From NCBI GenBank assembly GCA_950097015.1, contig CATNEN010000011.1, forward strand, positions 1,240,001 through 1,304,000: a stretch of DNA of 64,000 bases, in the 5' to 3' direction. A program made the position numbers and the translations under genes. Below, one piece after another: positions 61,301 through 64,000 of this stretch. The DNA is from Macrostomum hystrix. Its lineage: Eukaryota; Animalia; Platyhelminthes. Below the pieces are notes generated by a model. That model was not told the origin of the DNA. It saw nothing but the letters and a program-made list of their open reading frames with translations, and did not search any database. Every line of letters begins with the position of its first letter. The stretch's first letter is position 1.

Positions 61301-64000
61301 AGGTAGGAGAGAAGATTTTCCTTCAGGTAGGAGAGAAGATTGTCCTTCAGGTAGGAGAGAAGATTGTCCTTCAGGCAGGCGAGAAGATTGTCCTTCAGGT
61401 AGGATAGAAGATTGTCCTTCAGGTAGGATAGAAGGTTGTCCTTCAGGCAGGATAGAAGATTGTCCTTCAGGCAGGATAGAAGATTGTCCTTCAGGCAGGC
61501 GAGAAGATTGTCCTTCAGGTAGGATAGAAGATTGTCCTTCAGGTAGGCGAGAAGATTGTCCTTCAGGTAGGCGAGAAGATTGTCCTTCAGGCAGGAGAGA
61601 AGATTGTCCTTCAGGCAGGCGAGAAGATTGTCCTTCAGGTAGGAGAGAAGATTGTCCTTCAGGTAGGAGAGAAGATTGTCCTTCAGGTAGGCGAGAAGAT
61701 TGTCCTTCAGGTAGGAGAGAAGATTGTCCTTCAGGTAGAATAGAAGATTGTCCTTCAGGCAGGAGAGAAGATTGTCCTTCAAGTAGGAGAGAAGATTGTC
61801 CTTCAGGTAGGAGAGAAGATTTTCCTTCAGGTAGGAGAGAAGATTGTCCTTCAGGTAGGAGAGAAGATTGTCCTTCAGGCAGGCGAGAAGATTGTCCTTC
61901 AGGTAGGATAGAAGATTGTCCTTCAGGTAGGATAGAAGGTTGTCCTTCAGGCAGGATAGAAGATTGTCCTTCAGGCAGGATAGAAGATTGTCCTTCAGGT
62001 AGGCGAGAAGATTGTCCTTCAGGCAGGCGAGAAGATTGTCCTTCAGGCAGGCGAGAAGATTGTCCTTCAGGTAGGAGAGATGCCTGTCTTTCAGATTGGA
62101 GAGATGCCTGTCTTTCAGGTAGGAGAGATGCCTGTCTTTCAGATAGGAGAGATGCCTGTCTTTTAGATAGGAGAGATGCCTGTCTTTCAGATAGGAGAGA
62201 TGCCTGTCTTTCAGGTAGGAGAGATGCCTGTCTTTCAGGTAGGAGAGATGCCTGTCTTTCAGGTAGGAGAGATGCCTGTCTTTCAGGTAGGAGACAAGCC
62301 TGTCTTTCAGGTAGGAGAGATGCCTGTCTTTCAGGTAGGAGAGATGCCTGTCTTTCAGGTAGGAGAGATGCCTGTCTTTCAGGTAGGTGAGATGCCTGTC
62401 TTTCAGGTAGGAGAGATGCCTGTCTTTCAGGTAGGAGAGATGCCTGTCTTTCAGGTAGGAGACAAGCCTGTCTTTCAGGTAGGAGAGATGCCTGTCTTTC
62501 AGGTAGGAGAGATGCCTGTCTTTCAGGTAGGAGAGAAGCCTGTCTTTCAGGTAGGTGAGATGCCTGTCTTTCAGGTAGGAGAGATGCCTGTCTTTCAGAT
62601 AGGAGAGATGCCTGTCTTTCAGGTAGGAGACAAGCCTGTCTTTCAGGTAGGAGACAAGCCTGTCCTTCAGGCAGGCGAGAAGATTGTCCTTCAGGTAGGA
62701 GAGAAGATTGTCCTTCAGGCAGGATAGAAGATTGTCCTTCAGGTAGGCGAGAAGATTGTCCTTCAGGTAGGAGAGAAGATTGTCCTTCAGGTAGGAGAGA
62801 AGATTGTCCTTCAGGCAGGCGAGAAGATTGTCCTTCAGGTAGGATAGAAGATTGTCCTTCAGGTAGGATAGAAGGTTGTCCTTCAGGCAGGATAGAAGAT
62901 TGTCCTTCAGGCAGGATAGAAGATTGTCCTTCAGGTAGGAGAGAAGATTGTCCTTCAGGCAGGCGAGAAGATTGTCCTTCAGGTAGGATAGAAGATTGTC
63001 CTTCAGGTAGGATAGAAGGTTGTCCTTCAGGCAGGATAGAAGATTGTCCTTCAGGCAGGATAGAAGATTGTCCTTCAGGTAGGAGAGAAGATTGTCCTTC
63101 AGGCAGGAGAGAAGATTGTCCTTCAGGCAGGCGAGAAGATTGTCCTTCAGGTAGGAGAGAAGATTGTCCTTCAGGTAGGAGAGAAGATTGTCCTTCAGGT
63201 AGGAGAGAAGATTGTCCTTCAGGTAGGAGAGAAGATTGTCCTTCAAGTAGGAGAGAGATTGTCCTTCAGGTAGGAGAGAAGATTGTCCTTCAGGTAGGAG
63301 AGAAGATTGTCCTTCAGGCAGGCGAGAAGATTGTCCTTCAGGCAGGCGAGAAGATTGTCCTTCAGGTAGGATAGAAGATTGTCCTTCAGGTAGGAGAGAA
63401 GATTGTCCTTCAGTTAGGAGAGAAGATTGTCCTTCAGGCAGGAGAGAAGATTGTCCTTCAGGTAGGATAGAAGATTGTCCTTCAGGCAGGATAGAAGATT
63501 GTCCTTCAGGTAGGCGAGAAGATTGTCCTTCAGGCAGGATAGAAGATTGTCCTTCAGGTAGGCGAGAAGATTGTCCTTCAGGCAGGCGAGAAGATTGTCC
63601 TTCAGGCAGGCGAGAAGATTGTCCTTCAGGTAGGAGAGAAGATTGTCCTTCAGGTAGGAGAGAAGATTGTCCTTCAGGTAGGAGAGAAGATTGTCCTTCA
63701 GGTAGGAGAGAAGATTGTCCTTCAAGTAGGAGAGAAATTGTCCTTCAGGTAGGAGAGAAGATTTTCCTTCAGGTAGGAGAGAAGATTGTCCTTCAGGTAG
63801 GAGAGAAGATTGTCCTTCAGGCAGGCGAGAAGATTGTCCTTCAGGTAGGATAGAAGATTGTCCTTCAGGTAGGATAGAAGGTTGTCCTTCAGGCAGGATA
63901 GAAGATTGTCCTTCAGGCAGGATAGAAGATTGTCCTTCAGGTAGGAGAGAAGATTGTCCTTCAGGCAGGCGAGAAGATTGTCCTTCAGGCAGGCGAGAAG
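43335..64000. repeat. 24-bp satellite, about 860 monomers, running off the window end; monomer types A (GTAGGAGAGATGCCTGTCTTTCAG) and B (GTAGGAGAGAAGATTGTCCTTCAG) in blocks
   Basis: Approximate blocks: A 43335-54570, B 54571-56410, A 56411-57000, B 57001-57155, A 57156-60240, B 60241-62075, A 62076-62660, B 62661-64000. Confidence 0.99.

Noticed and set aside
44965-63246. 6093-aa ORF (YLKDRHLS/YLKDNLLS repeats) and the opposite-strand MPVFQVGE ORFs
   Set aside because: A 24-bp unit lacking a stop in one frame gives an endless ORF. Its ends coincide with indels, it has a TTG start, and there is no unique domain, splice context or signal peptide.

Overview
Eukaryotic (animal) genomic DNA: spliced genes with GT-AG introns sit among tandem repeats that cover roughly 60% of the window. 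A free-living flatworm such as Macrostomum is plausible, but that is an inference from repeat style and short introns. I reconstructed five genes by hand from splice sites and reading-frame phase: (1) a minus-strand PH-domain protein with a C-terminal coiled coil and one GC-AG intron (155-7669, 5' end unresolved); (2) a two-exon 4-TM membrane protein (14709-16291); (3) a single-coding-exon neuropeptide prohormone with 18 copies of (A/F)MY(S/T)GLL-GKR (27672-28343); (4) a three-exon Shisa-like type I membrane protein with a Tyr/Ser/Arg-rich ectodomain (30075-34177); (5) a four-exon RNF126/RNF115-like E3 ligase (36641-40340). Mobile elements: two copies of a tRNA-derived SINE, one CORE-like SINE and a hAT-type MITE. 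Two large satellites dominate: a 7.5-kb 17-bp array, and a >20-kb 24-bp array with nested higher-order periods (504, 2952 and 5664 bp). Most long ORFs in the track, including the 6093-aa one, are stop-free frames of tandem repeats rather than genes. The best leads are the xMYS/TGLLamide precursor, a possible in-frame 21-bp-repeat exon encoding about 94 heptads, a tandem array of 16 Pol III B-boxes, and the satellite architecture. No CRISPR array or prokaryotic system is present.
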